64,000 nt of DNA from the human T2T-CHM13v2.0 reference genome, Homo sapiens, in the NCBI RefSeq assembly GCF_009914755.1, contig NC_060932.1; one strand, 5' to 3'. The notes under the pieces are model-generated. The model saw only the letters and a program-made list of their open reading frames with translations, ran no database searches and was not told the origin of the DNA. Shown in pieces: positions 14,161-27,398 of this stretch. The position numbers and the translations under genes are program-made. Within the stretch, counting starts at the first letter, position 1; the number at the start of each line of letters is the position of its first letter.

Positions 14161-14483
14161 GGCCAGGTGCAGTGGCTCACGACTGTAATCCCACCACTTT
14201 GGGAAGCTGAGACAGGAGGATCGCTTTAGCCAAGGAGTTTGAGACCAGCCTGGGCAACTTACTGAAACCCCATCTCCACAAATAAATTTTAAAAATAGCT
14301 GGGTGTGATGGCACGTGCCTGTAGCCCCAGCTACTTCAGAGGCTGAGGCAGGAGGATCATTTGAGCCCAGGAGTTCGAGGTTGCTGTGAGCTATGATAGC
14401 ACTACTGCACTCCAGCCTGGGTGATAGACTGAGACCCATCCTGTCTCTAGAAAAAGGAAAAAAAAAAGAAGAAGAAGAAGAAG
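14161..14483 (+). mobile_element. Alu (AluJ-like)
   Basis: Dimer with A/(GAA)n tail; degenerate TSD aagaatgatgtt / aagaatggtgtt. Confidence 0.95.
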
Positions 14484-16662
14484 AATGGTGTTCTTTAAAT
14501 CTTCAAACTCTTCAGTGAGGAACTTAGATTTGTACTGTGCATTCTGGGTGGTTGTGGCTTTTCATTTTATTCTAGTTTCACCTCTGTTGTTTAACTAATT
14601 GCATGAATGAGAATCTGTCACCCTTACCTTGGCTTTAGTAGCCTCATTTGGCCAAAGCGGGGCGTGGTATTATTTTCTCCAAAGAGTCCGTATAGTCAAA
14701 GTTTCTATGATCAAGGCTCTTCTGGGACCCCAGAACTAGCATTCCTCGTAAAAGCAGGCATGGGGGAATTCATGGTCACCACGTGGACTCCACTGAACAC
14801 TTCTGCATTGCGTCTTCTCAGCCCTGCAAGATTCCTGTGTCATCGCACCCAGAATGGAGTCTCTCTAACTCACCAGGAACAAAGTGTCATGTAGGGGCAG
14901 ACAGCCCTTGCCTTCCAGGCACTACAATCAGAGAAAAAAATAGCAACAAAATAGTTGCTAGTACAGTAAGTGCCACACCAGGACAGAGGATGAAAGTGCT
15001 AGGGTTGCTTCCACTATGTCAGATCTGGCTGTGAATAGATGGAGAAAGCTTCTCAGAGGAAGTAGGGTCAGAAGAAGTGGGATTTATGTTGGATTTTGAA
15101 GGGGGGTTGGACTTTGATAAGAAAAGTGATAAAGTGCAGCAATCTAGATGGAAGTCACAAATGGACCAAAGACAGAGTCAAGTGGTCCCCAAGTACAAGC
15201 CAAGTCAAGGCTTGCTGGGACATCTACGAGGAGCTGTGACCTAGAGCAGAAGATGATGGTGTTTCAATCTCAGCTTTCGGATGAGTGTAAACTATGGAGG
15301 CTACCCACTGAAGCCATGATGTAAAGCAAATTTTGGTCAGCAGGCATTTGAGCATGCATCTTAGATCGAAAGTATGAGAATGTGAATTCACAAAGGTGGT
15401 GGGAGTGGGTCCACAAGCACATTATGGTGGTGGCAGGAGAATCTAAATAAGCTGAGCACCTCCTGGGGGTGTTCTGTAGCTATCTGACCATTTGAATGTG
15501 GATGCAAACTCACAAGGAATTAAGACAAAGACAGAAATAGGACACTCAGCCTCCTGAGAGATAACACAAAACTGTGTGTGAACAGCAGATGAGTACTGGG
15601 GTATTATGAGGCAAGTGGAGATCTTTGCAAGTCAGAGTAATCTAAAAAGGCAGCTCAAATCCAACTTTTCTAAACAAGAAATAGTCACTCTAAAATAAGT
15701 TAAATAAAGCTGACAAAAGCTTCTTCTGCCCACACTGAGAGTGTATGTGTAATGTCTGAATAACTATGTTTTACATCTGAATAAGTGTAGGTTGGCTATT
15801 AGAGACAATCAATGCACAAATTAATTATAAATATATATTGTTTAGGTGCAACTCACATAAATACGTATTGTTTCAGGTACAATTACATCAGTGTGTCCCT
15901 CTGGAACTTGGAATAATTCCTTCTCCTATAATTATTTATATATCTTACGGATGAAAAGGTAGATAGAGTAGATAGGTAGGAATCTAGGTGGGTAGGTAGA
16001 ACAATATATTAATAGAGAGATAGACAAAATTGATGTGGGCTGAAAGGCCAGACTAGGAGCAAATTGTCAGGCTGTATACCTAGCTGAGGAATTGACACTT
16101 TCTCTTTGGCCAACAGAAAACAATTAGTATGGCGATAGGATGAGTATTTTATGATTGAGCTCCTATCTGCTTTGGGGGAACTAAGGGTGAATTATTAATC
16201 ATAAAATAGGAAGGTCGTAGTTGCTGAAAGTCCTCTGTGAAACCAAAAGGACCTGTTCTCATAGCAGCAGTCGGCTTTGCTCCAGGGAGTGGGAATCATG
16301 AGCCCAGGACAAGGCAGAAGGGACAGTAGTAGAGGCTTTGCTGCAGCTTCCTGTAAGGGCTGTCACTCACATCAACATAGTAATGCTGGGATGGAATAAA
16401 GCTTGGGCTTCCTTCCTTGGCCTCAAGGGGCCTCCGGCTGGCAGATTCCTCTGCCTGTAGTACAAGAAGAGAAGTCAGATTTTTGGCAAGAATGAAAATC
16501 ATGTCCAGATTGCTCTTTCAGCAGGACACCTGATAGTAACAAGCATGTACGTGACATTCTTCAGTTGACGCTAGATGGAAGCAGAATGGCTGAACTCAAG
16601 AGAATTCACAAATCATTGCCTATCTGTTTGTTGGGCTGGTCTTCTATTTAGCAGGTAGCTAC

Positions 16663-17003
16663 TTTTGTTTGTTTGTTTTTTGTTTTTGTTTTGTTTTGTT
16701 TTGAGACAGGCTCTCACTCTATCACCTGGGCTGGAGTGCAGTGGTGCAGTCACGGCTCACCACAGCCTCGGCTCATCAGCCTCGTCATATGGGGCTCAGG
16801 TGATCCTCCCCACTTCGGTCTACCAATTATTTGGGACTATAGGCATACACCACCACTCACAGCTAATTTTTTTTTGTATTTTTGTAGAGATGAGGTTTTG
16901 CCATGTTGCCCAGGCTGGTCTCAAACTCCTAGGCTCAAGCGATCCACCCACCTTGGCCTTCCATAGTGCTGGGATTATAAGCGTGAGCCACTGCGCCCAG
17001 TCC
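16663..17003 (-). mobile_element. Alu (AluJ-like) with internal short duplication
   Basis: (TTTG)n tail; TSD ggtagctactttt / ggtagcgactttt. Confidence 0.95.
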
Positions 17004-17109
17004 TGGTAGCGACTTTTTATTTCTGCGAAAGAGAAATAGTAGGACACAAATAGACACACACTTGGAACTACTTGAATTTTCTAAACATACCACTGTAGAG
17101 ACTATTATA

Positions 17110-17400
17110 GTAATAATGATGGGACTCTCTTATATTTGGGGTGCATTAGGCAGTTTACAGCATGGTTTCAAGCAAATTATGTCTTTAGAATCTCACAATA
17201 TTTCTTTGAGGTCGTCAGAGCTGGCATTGTTACTCCCTTCCTCCACTCCATTTATAGATAGAAAAACTGAAGATCCAAGGGCTTATGTGAGTTGCCTGGG
17301 AACTCATGGCCAGTAAGTTGCAGAGCTGTGATTCAAATTGAAATATTGGGATCGGTCTTATTTGAACCCTGGTCTGGTGCTCTTTACTTTCTGCCATACA
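17110..17400 (-). mobile_element. MIR
   Basis: ctccatttatagatagaaaaactgaagatcc...gagttgcctgggaactcatggccagtaag. Confidence 0.7.
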
Positions 17401-18539
17401 AGAAAACAGCCTCGATTTTGAGTCTCCATAGTTTAGCTCATTCTGCTCCCAAGGTGTTGGGATGCTGCTGACCTCCCAGAAAACTGTGGTCAAAGGCCAA
17501 GACATGACCCAACTCCCCTGGACAGGAGTTTTGGTCAAAGAGCACATCACCCCACTCACACATTCTTATTTGCACAGAGAGGATTGTGTTACAGGGTCAT
17601 CTTTGTTCCAATCTATGCTTCCGGGTTTATTTGTATACAGAGAAAACTGTTTGGAATTTGCAAAGCCCGGTTGAATATTTCCTTGTTTCATCAGTGGCAT
17701 TGTTTTAACCCATTGGTGTACCAGTTTTTAAAACTTGCATATAGGAGTGGAACTGCCAGTGAGTTTGAAAAACTTTGAGGGTATAAATAGGCCAGAATGT
17801 TTCTAATAAGGGAAGATGCCCTGATGATGTCACCATATCAGGGGACATCTCGTGTTTTGTGGGGACCAAACAAAGCTGTTTTGAGGAAAGAGAGAGACAC
17901 TGAGAGAGATTCACTTGAAGGTAGGGACCCTTAGTTATTTATCTTTGCCTCTTGCTTCCATCCCTAGCCCAGCACTTGGAATGATGCTGTCCCACAGAGG
18001 ACACTCAGTAAATGCAGTGTCTGCGTCAATGACTAAAGAACCCAGAAACCCGCTTGCCTGTCCCCTATATTGGTGAGTTCCATTCCTATGGGTGGTTTAG
18101 TGTGTTAAAGAACTTTGACTAATTCCTCTAGTTTGAAGTTAGAAATGCCAATTCAAAGAAAGCCATGGAATGGGTATCCTCTTCTGGGAACCAACTCCAG
18201 GGCAGGTATAAAAATGGTTGTATTTAGAAACAGAGGTATAAATAGCTTTATTTTCTTCTAAAGATCTTCTTCTCTTAGGAAAAGAGGTTGTCCAATATTT
18301 TCTATCCAATGCCCCCTCTTTTAAGATTTTGGCACTTTGTACCTTGCTTGGCCTGAGAAGATGTAATGATTACATCTTGCGGATATAATGATGTCCAAAG
18401 GAGCTCTGTGGTGTGGACCAAGGAGACTGACATACAAAAAGCTGGAAGCCAAGTGTCTTCATTCCTCCAGTCCACGCTTAGCCCCCTATTCCCCTGGATC
18501 CTGACTCTTTGGTTGAGAAGAACTTCTCTGGAGTACTAT

Positions 18540-18685
18540 TTCCCAAAGTATAATTCATGGTGTTAAGAAAGGCTATGATTTAATCAGTCAAAGCTGTGGT
18601 TTTCTCATCTGTAAAGCACCAATGATAGGAATTAATAACGTTGTTTTCAGGATCAAATGAAATAACACATGGAGAAAGAGCTTGC
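18540..18685 (+). mobile_element. MIR fragment
   Basis: ttttctcatctgtaaa...ggatcaaatgaaataacacatg. Confidence 0.55.
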
Positions 18686-19784
18686 CCGGGGCTGGGCTCC
18701 TAGGAACTGCCGGGTTCTTTTGTCATCTCTTCCTTTTTCTTCTCAATGACAAAGCAAATATGACACATCCTTGAGTTCCTGTGCCATCTTCTCATCCTCT
18801 TTTCTGTTTGTCTCCTTCGCTTTGAAATCCTGTTCAAGTCTCATCTCCTGTGAGTCTTTTCTAAATGTTGTGGGTCCTTGGGTGCTTTGGGGTTTCTTAG
18901 GGCAGCGGGGTCCTGGCTGAGTTTAATCTGAGAAAGGGTAAGAGGCACGTGGGGCCCCCAAGTGTCCTTAGGTGAGTTGCTTTGCATGGGAGGAGGACCC
19001 AGAAGGGGACCCTTGAGTAGGAAGCCTGAGGTGCTAAGACACCTGGGGACAGAGGAAAGAGGTGGTGGCAATGGAGTGCTGTCCAGCTCAACCCCTTCCT
19101 AAAGGGGCAGTGTCCTCCCCATTTCCGGATTTCTGCAGAGCACCAGCCTGGCTCTAGTTCAGTGAGGGCTGGGGAAACACAGCCTTCAGGCACAAATTTA
19201 GGGACTCAGGAATACAGGCCCTTGACAGGAGTGGAGGCCCTAGACAGCAGCCTCTCCACAGTGGAGATCTGGCAGACACCCAGCAGAGCTCCATGGGAGA
19301 AAAACAAGCCCAAAATTATTCACAAACATGAAAGACATGCCAGAGGGCACTGAGAAATACTTGGTGGGGAGGATTTTACACAGACAAGAGGGATGATGAG
19401 TTTCTGACCTCATTCATACTCACCAGCTGATTATGCTTCTGAATAATGCAAAGTGCCCCATTGCAGAAAATGAATTTCCAGGTAGCGGGATAGAGTCTGC
19501 ACAGGTATGTGGGTGCTTCCTGTTCAATGCAGATTTCCCAGTATAGCACTGGGTGTCTGGAACTCCACTGCCTGTTGGATTTTGAACTATTATTGTTTGA
19601 GACTCAAGGGAAAAAGGGAGAAGAAAACAATTTACTGTGTGTTAGGATTTTGTCTATACCAACAGATACCCTATTCTGCAGTTCTATCCCTTAACTCCAT
19701 TCCCCACATTCAAGGATATTTCTTCTCACCTTCCTGTACTATGTAATGATCATGTGGGATTTCTGTATAAACAGGCTAATCTAA

Positions 19785-20227
<443 letters not shown>

Positions 20228-21449
20228 TCATTTTAACCATCTTTAGCATATTTGCTCTTGGGTTATGAAAGCCATTACTGTCAAGAGAAGAGATAATGGG
20301 TCTGAACTTCACAGAAATTCAGAAGGATGCCTTGAATGTCTTCTGATTCTCATCCTTTTTTTGTAGGATGCTCAAGCATCATGGCATCATTTCCAGTGGA
20401 GTCGCTGAACTTGTAGGTTGTCTACCTGACACCTCGAGGTCCTTACACCAAGAAGTCAGCTGTGAAGCCCGCTGAGTCCTCGGGTGGATGTCTGCCACCA
20501 CATACATAGCCTTTGCTGGTGGCTTGGAGAGCTGGCAGGTCAGCCACAGAAAGTGGGCAAGACCTAGTCAGTAGCGACAGGATATGTTCCCAGGATGGAC
20601 AGCTGCCTGATATGCGTTCAGTTCCAGTGCCAAAGCCAAGGGCTGCCAGTGCCCTTCCTTCATGCTAAGGACTTCTCTCTCTCCAGGTAATTGCATAGGG
20701 TTTCCTGGAGCCCACAGCTGGCCTCACTCACTCATCTCCAAACCTTTTAAATGCATGTGTTAGGGAGAATGCTAGGGCCCTGGGGACAGTGCTCATTGCC
20801 TTCAGTATTGTCACCTTCTGTCACCCAGGTGCACAGCCTGGATTTCATTCAATGCCCCATGTTCCTGGCACATGGAGAACTTCAGCGTGATCTGGTGGGC
20901 CAAGCCAGCTTTCTGCTTGTTTCAGGGCTGTGTTGGCAAGATGTTTCGGCTTCCCAGGAGGCTGCCAATGCCACCAGCAGAGGCTTGAGATGCCCTTTGG
21001 TTCCTTACTACTTGGCCCTGGAAACAATTGTCCTCTGACAGCCTTATCATGCGCAGTGTGTTTTTCTCTCTCTGTAGCTCTTGCCAGAGAAATAATAGCG
21101 ACCTGTTCTTCCCCAGAGGTTTTCTCCTCCAGGAGTGCCCCATGTGAAGGTCACAGAGGGAAATTGATAAAGGAAATCAATAAATATCCGTTGAATAAAT
21201 CGGATAAATGGGACAGTTTTTGGACCACTTGCTCACTCTGGAAGATTCTCGATGTGGTGGTACATCTGTCTTAAATAGAAACTATGCTGAAAGTAAACGA
21301 CAAAGCCTAGAACCCTTTCTTTCTTTGTTACCCCAGGACAGCGGATGCCTGTTTGGAAGGCTGGATTGGACTGAGCCACATGGCAGAGCCTTGGAGATGG
21401 CAGGGGAGGGAAGTCGAAGACATGGGCAAGTCTCAGTTCTCAACAGTGG

Positions 21450-21620
21450 CTGTGTGCCAGGCACTGAACGAGGCATTTTGCATGCAACATTTCACTTTAT
21501 CTGCACAACAGCCCCCTGCTGAGGAACTATGGCCCCACTTTAATGATGAGGAAATTGAGGCTCAGAGAGGGGAAGTCACCTGCTTGAGGCCACACAGCTA
21601 GTAAATGGTAGAACGAAAGT
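21450..21620 (-). mobile_element. MIR
   Basis: ccccactttaatgatgaggaaattgaggctcagagagg...cacacagctagtaaatgg. Confidence 0.8.
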
Positions 21621-22675
21621 TAAAGGTTACCTTGAAGCCTCTGCTGTTCCCATCGTCCCACAGCCAGCCAACTCCTGAGCTCAGGAGGACGTTGGAATAA
21701 GCCAGGCCCTCTGAGATCCCTGACTCTGAAGTCTTTAGGGAAAGATTCAGGTCATGATCATCAAAACGCCTTACTTTTGTGGAGCATGGGAACGTTTACA
21801 GGATGAATTTACATCCAGCATTTCATTTGCCTCTCACAGTAGCTTAGTGAATTATTAGCTCCATATCACCAATGAGAAACTGAGGCATGAAGAGACGGAG
21901 AGAGTTTCAGGGCACTGTCTCCTAATCTGGAGCTCTTTTCACTGGGTTTCAGAGAGAACAGAGCACTTTTATTAAGCATTTCAAAACAAGTTTAATATAG
22001 TATTCTGTTAAATACTAAGTCCTAGGCTGAAAGCTCCTAAATTGGAAACTGTATATGATTTATCTGTTTGTGCCCCACACCTATCAGTGTGGGGCTTATT
22101 GCAGATAATCAATTTCCATGGAAAGAATCATGCCTATAAGTAATTGCAATTCATCTGTCTAGAAAGTCATGAGCCTGCTGCCTTGGCTTCAGGGCCATTT
22201 CTTCATAGTATTTTTCAATGTGTCTGTCATTTTTAGCACAGCAATTGGTAACTGGAACAGTGGCTTAAAAATGTTTTAGTGGTGGAACTCTCTTTCTCAA
22301 AGAAAATCTTAGGCAGAATCTCAACATGGTAAATAGTTTTTTAGCAAAGGCTAAAAAATACCAGGCAATTTATAGCATTTGATGTAAAAGAGTTCAGAAG
22401 GAAACCTTTGCAACCTGTCTATATTTGCTTAGGTTTCCAATGGGGCACATTCTGAAGATCACTAAGCAGAATCATTACATTGACCAGAGTACTGTTCATT
22501 CCCTAACCTTGTCAAACATTACGGTGCTATGTAGGGAGAAGGGATGAGGACAAGAGCAGGCAAGGGGAGAATGGTGGGTGCTCTCCTGCTGCATGTCTGA
22601 GTCATATGCATCGTGGATGGGAAGAGTTGAGGAGAGCTGGGTGAGAACTCAGGGCTGAGTTGCAAGTGGCCTGTA

Positions 22676-23213
22676 TGTCGGATAACAGTCTTAGGTGCAA
22701 GCAGTAGAATCTACTCTAGCTGGTTTAAGTGCTGAGAGATTTATTAAAAGGTGTGTATAGCTCATAGAATCACTGAGAGGGCTGGAAACCATGCTTTAGT
22801 CTAGGCGGAACTTTCAGGAACAACTCCCAAAACCCACACTGCAGAACTGCACTGCCAAGGGAGCTGCTTCCTCAGCACGAAGAGGCAGTGGTTGGTTCCA
22901 GAATCTCATTGCCTTTGGTGTGATTTGGAGTCACCAGATCAGGGCAAGAAGTCAGAAAGCCATCACTGTAGCTACTGGCTCCAGAAGCACACCTCTCTAC
23001 CCTGATCCACATCAGAAAAAGGAAGCCTTGCACTCTGTCTTTCTTCTCACATAAGTCAACTCACAATTGAAGACCAATACAAGTACAATAGAATGGTAGA
23101 TCCCAAGCTATATACAGAGTCATCATTACTAGGTAGTCTGAGAAATTTAGCATTCACAGGACCAGAGAGGGTTGGAATGGATATTGAGCAAGCTAATCCC
23201 CGGTAATGTGACA
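22676..23213 (-). mobile_element. Old MaLR LTR (MLT1M/N-like)
   Basis: tcttaggtgcaagcagtagaatctactctagctggtttaag...atttattaaaagg...tagctcatagaatc resembles antisense MLT1N/M; followed by internal-like sequence. Confidence 0.5.
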
Positions 23214-23292
23214 GTCTGCCATTTTGGTATTCAACATTCATATACATCTTTCCTTATACTTAAATTTCCAAACAATAACTGATGTTTCTGCC

Positions 23293-23766
23293 TGTACTAG
23301 TCAGGATCCTCCAGAGAAACAGAAACAATAATATATACTGATTATAGGGAATTGGCTGATGGGTTTATGGAGGCTGAAAATTGCAAGATCTGCAGCCTGC
23401 AATGGTTTGGTTCCAATCTAAATGCTGGCGGTCTTAAGATCTAGAAAGAGCTGAAGCTTCAGTTTCAGTCTAAAGGCAGGAAAAAACATCAATGTCCCAG
23501 TTCAAAGGCAATCAGGCAGGAGGAATTCCCTCTTGCTTATGGGTGGTCAGCCTTTTTGTTCTATTCAGGCCTTTAATGGACTGGATGACCCACTCACAGT
23601 AGGAAGGGCCATCTCTGCTATACCCAGTCTACTAAATTCAAATGTTAATCTCATCCAGAAACACCCTTACGAACACACTCAGAATAACGTTCAACCAAAT
23701 GTCTGGGTCTAGTCAAGTTGCTGCATAAAATGGCCCAGTCAAGTTGACACAAAATTAACCATCACA
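23293..23766 (-). mobile_element. MLT2 (ERVL) solo LTR
   Basis: tgtactagtcaggatcctccagagaaacaga ... ggcccagtcaagttgacacaaaattaaccatcaca; flanks ctgcc / ttgcc fit a 5-bp TSD with one mismatch. Confidence 0.9.
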
Positions 23767-24057
23767 TTGCCTAACTTAAGATATAGTTTAAAGCTTGTGA
23801 CATTGGTGATATTTGACTTTTTGACCTAAAATGTCAAATTCATCAGGCTTAATAATAACTATTAATAACTGTAATACACATATTTATCCTTTCCAAAGGT
23901 CTTATTGGTGAGAACATCCATCTCTGAGTAATAGTTATGCCTCCTGTAGTTCATTTACAATCCGATTTTATAGTCCTCTAACCTAGGGAATAAATTAGAA
24001 AGATAGCCATCACAATCACAGCAGTAAAAGAAAGAGAAAGGGATAAAAGAGGTTACC

Positions 24058-24131
24058 AGATAGATAGATAGATAGACAGACAGATAGATAGATAGATGAT
24101 AGATAGGTAGATGATAGGCAGATAGATAGAG
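24058..24131. repeat. (GATA)n/(GACA)n microsatellite
   Basis: Direct reading of the sequence. Confidence 0.9.
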
Positions 24132-24229
24132 GAGAGAGAGTGAATGAAAGAAAATGTGAGAATCTATTACAGTCTGTTTCTGTAAATTCCCAACCAAGGT
24201 TATAGTTCTATTTATAGTTTTATCCCTCT

Positions 24230-25085
24230 ACTGCTAATACCTTTGCCCTCAGCCAATACTTCAATCAGTCAAGGTTCTTTACTTAGTGGGGTACTCTAAA
24301 GAGTTATTCCTGAGTAGTCTGGACCTTGACAGTCTTGTCTGTGTAGGATTCCTACAGACTTTATTAACTGTCACCATAGATATGTCCATTTTAAGGACAT
24401 AGTTTCCCCCTGCATTCTGGGCCTATTTTTCCCTGTCTTCGTTGTGTAACAACAATCTTTTTTCATCTTGATCATCAAGACCAATCATCTCCCTTATTTT
24501 CTTTGCCTATTATTTCAATGGCATGAAGTGCTCAAACTAGCTACATGGCTGTCTCAACTTCTAGTTCAATGGGAACATTTTGCTGTCCCCTGGAGAGCCA
24601 CGGCATCTAAAGTTGCAGAGTCACCATTTATTTGTTGACTGTGGTATATGCAAATCAGCATGTGATTTGCATATGATGTGAGAATGAACTAATACAGGAT
24701 TAATACAGCATATACCACAGCCAACAAATAAATGGTGATGCTGCAGCTTTAAAAATGGTGATTTATTTGTTGCTAATTTGCATATACCACATTCTATAAC
24801 CTTGTCAGGTGTTATCTCCCAGCTCATGCTGTAACTGGGCCTTAGGGGGCCATTTCTCCACTATGAGACCATCTGTTTCTGGATGAAGGGCACATGGTAA
24901 GACCCATGAATTCTGTGAGGATGAGCACATGGCCTTACTTCTTTCACTATAAGTTCCTTTGAGAGAGGGAATGTTGTATGATACAGTGATGGTGAATAAG
25001 ACATTGAGTAAGTCCATACAGGATCTTGTTGGCAGAAGCATGGTAGGTAGGAAAGACTAATCCATATCACAGGCTCGTTCAGCAT
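24230..25085 (-). pseudogene. Degraded ERVL/MaLR internal region with integrase remnant
   Basis: Minus-strand frameshifted peptides KEVRPCAHPHRIHGSYHVP and HPETDGLIVEKW..KAQLQHELGDNT match the ERVL integrase core segment KEV..WAHAHGIHWSYHVPHHPEAAGLIERWNGLLK.QL..QLGGNT. Confidence 0.75.
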
Positions 25086-25255
25086 GTATTACAGGGAGCA
25101 CAAATTCTGCTCAATGGCCCAATAAACAAACCCCCAAAATAGCCATCAATTTTAGGATCTTATTTCTCCACTCTTAACTAGTGTAGAGTATAGAAGTTGC
25201 CGAGTACAGCTACAGAAACTCAAGACACCGTGCATACAGGTGCATAATTGAGTGA

Positions 25256-25640
25256 TGATATAGTTTGGATCTATGTTCTCATCCAAATTTCATGTTGAAT
25301 TGTAATCCCCAATGTTGGAGGAGGGGCCCGGTGGGAGGTGAATGGATCATGGCAGGGAATATCCCTCTTGCTGTTCTCGTGATAGTGAGTGAGTGCTCAT
25401 GAGATCTGGTTGTTTAAAAGTGTGTAGCACTTCTCCCTTCACCCTCTTTCTTCTTTTCCAGCCATGTAAGATGTGCCTGCTTTTTCTTTACCTTTTGCCA
25501 TAGCTGTAAGTTTCTTCAGGCCTCCCTCAGCCATGCCTTCTGTACAGCCTGAGGAACTGTCAGTCAATTAAACCTCTTTTCTTTATAAATTATTCAGTTT
25601 TAGGAAGTTCTTTATAGCGATATGCGAACAGACTATTACA
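25256..25640 (+). mobile_element. MaLR solo LTR (THE1D/MSTA)
   Basis: tgatatagtttggatc...gtcaattaaacctcttttctttataaatta...gactattaca. Confidence 0.9.
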
Positions 25641-26169
25641 GGTGGCATACTCTCTCAGCTGGGTCTTGAATGATGAACTAACAATTCTGTTCTTGTCTTC
25701 AGTCAACCATTTCTCCCATTTATCTGTGCTTTTTAATATCATCACCACTTTTTCCCAACTCACCTCTCAGCCCTTTCCCCCTCACTCTCAGAAGATAATG
25801 ACTTTTCCTCCTTCTTCAGGAAAGACACTGAGACCTTCAGGCCACACTTCCACATGTCAAATTACCCTTGGCTGCTTCTCCTCTAGAGCCAGGGAAATAA
25901 GTTTAAGACTGAAAACTCCATCTAAATTCCTACTTTTCATCTCTTTCGGTTTCTTGCTGCATCAATTATCCTCTTTGGAATTCTCAACCTTGCCATGTCT
26001 ATAGGCTTCTTGGTCCTAGATTGTTAATATGCTCAAGTTGAACACATCTTAAGGCAGTAGCCACAATAAAGACCATGAAAAAACTGGGGGAAAACCCCCT
26101 TGATCCCACATTGCCCTCTAGGCTACCACATGACTCCTTCGCTCCAGTTAAAGCTTTTCAGAAGAAGAA

Positions 26170-26523
26170 TATATTCATCTGTTCTCACGCTGGTAATAAG
26201 CAAACCTGAGACTGGGTAATTTATAAAAGAAAGAGGTTTAATTGACTCACAGTACCACATGGCTGGGGAGGCCTCACAATCATGGCAGAAGGTGAATGAA
26301 AAGCAAAGTCACTTCTTACATGGCAGCAGGTAAGACAGCTTGTGCAGGGGAACTCCCATTTATAAAACCATAAGACCTCATGAAATTTATTCACTACGAT
26401 GAGAACAGTATGGGGGAAACTGCCCCCATGATTCATTTATCTCCACCTGGCCTTGCCCTTGACATGTGGGGATTATTACAATTTAAAGTGAGATTTGGGT
26501 GGGGACACAGCCGAACCATATCA
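26170..26523 (-). mobile_element. THE1B/C solo LTR
   Basis: cctgagactgggtaatttataaaagaaagaggtttaattgactcacag ... gagatttgggtggggacacagccgaaccatatca. Confidence 0.92.
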
Positions 26524-26792
26524 AAGGGTCTGTAACCAATGTCTCACCTTTCTGTTACTTCTCAGTCTATCTATTCAATACTTAGATTCTTGATTCCTCT
26601 TTTCTCTGAAACTTCTTGGGTCATGAATTTCAGACCCACAATGTAGTGCCTGAAGTCAATGGCATATTCATCCTTATCTCTCTCCTCCCATTGCTTCCTT
26701 CTCTCTCCCCCCCATTGCTTCTGTGACTCCACATCCATCTCATTTTTCTCTTATTTCTCTTGGTCCTTCTGGTTTCTCCTCTGATTACATAT

Positions 26793-27398
26793 ATTTTATT
26801 TTATTTATATTTTTGAGACAGGGTCTTACTCTGTCTCCCAGGCTGGAGCGCAGTGGTGGGATCTTGGCTCACTGCAACCCCCACCTCCCGAGTTTAAGTG
26901 ATTCTTTTTTTTTTGAGATGGAGTCTTGCTTTGTCGCCCAGGCTGGAGTGCAGTGGCGTGATCTTGGCTCACTGCAAGCTCCACCTCCTGGGTTCATGCC
27001 ATTCTCCTGCCTCAGCCTCCTGAGTAGGTGGGGCTACAGGCACCTGCCCCCAAACCCGGCTTACTTTTTGTATTTTTAGTAGAGATGGAGTTTCACCATG
27101 TTAGCCAGGATGGTCTCAATCTCCTGACCTCGTGATCCACCCGCCTCGGCCTCCCAAAGTGCTGGGATTACAGGTGTGAGCCACCGTGCCTAGCCTTAAG
27201 TGATTCTTGTGCTTCAGCTTCCTTTGTATCTGGGACAACTGATGCATGCCACCACGCCCAGCTAATTTTTATATTTTTAGTAGAGAAGGGGTTCTGCCAT
27301 GTTGCCCAGGCTGGTCTCAAACTCCAGACCTCAAGTGATCCACCAGCCTTCACTTCCCAGAGTGCTGGGATTACAAAAGTAAGCCACCACGCCTGGCC
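26793..27398 (-). mobile_element. Older Alu (AluJ/Sx) split by an AluY
   Basis: Outer Alu occupies 26793-26906 and 27196-27398. Confidence 0.92.
26905..27195 (-). mobile_element. AluY nested in an older Alu
   Basis: Diagnostics gcaagctcc, ttagccaggatggtctc and ctcgtgatcc; TSD ttaagtgattctt at 26894-26906 and 27196-27208. Confidence 0.93.

Noticed and set aside
15250-15700. Complex-looking unique segment considered as a processed pseudogene
   Set aside because: Trial translation gave short frames with no recognisable protein; no poly(A) tail or TSD.
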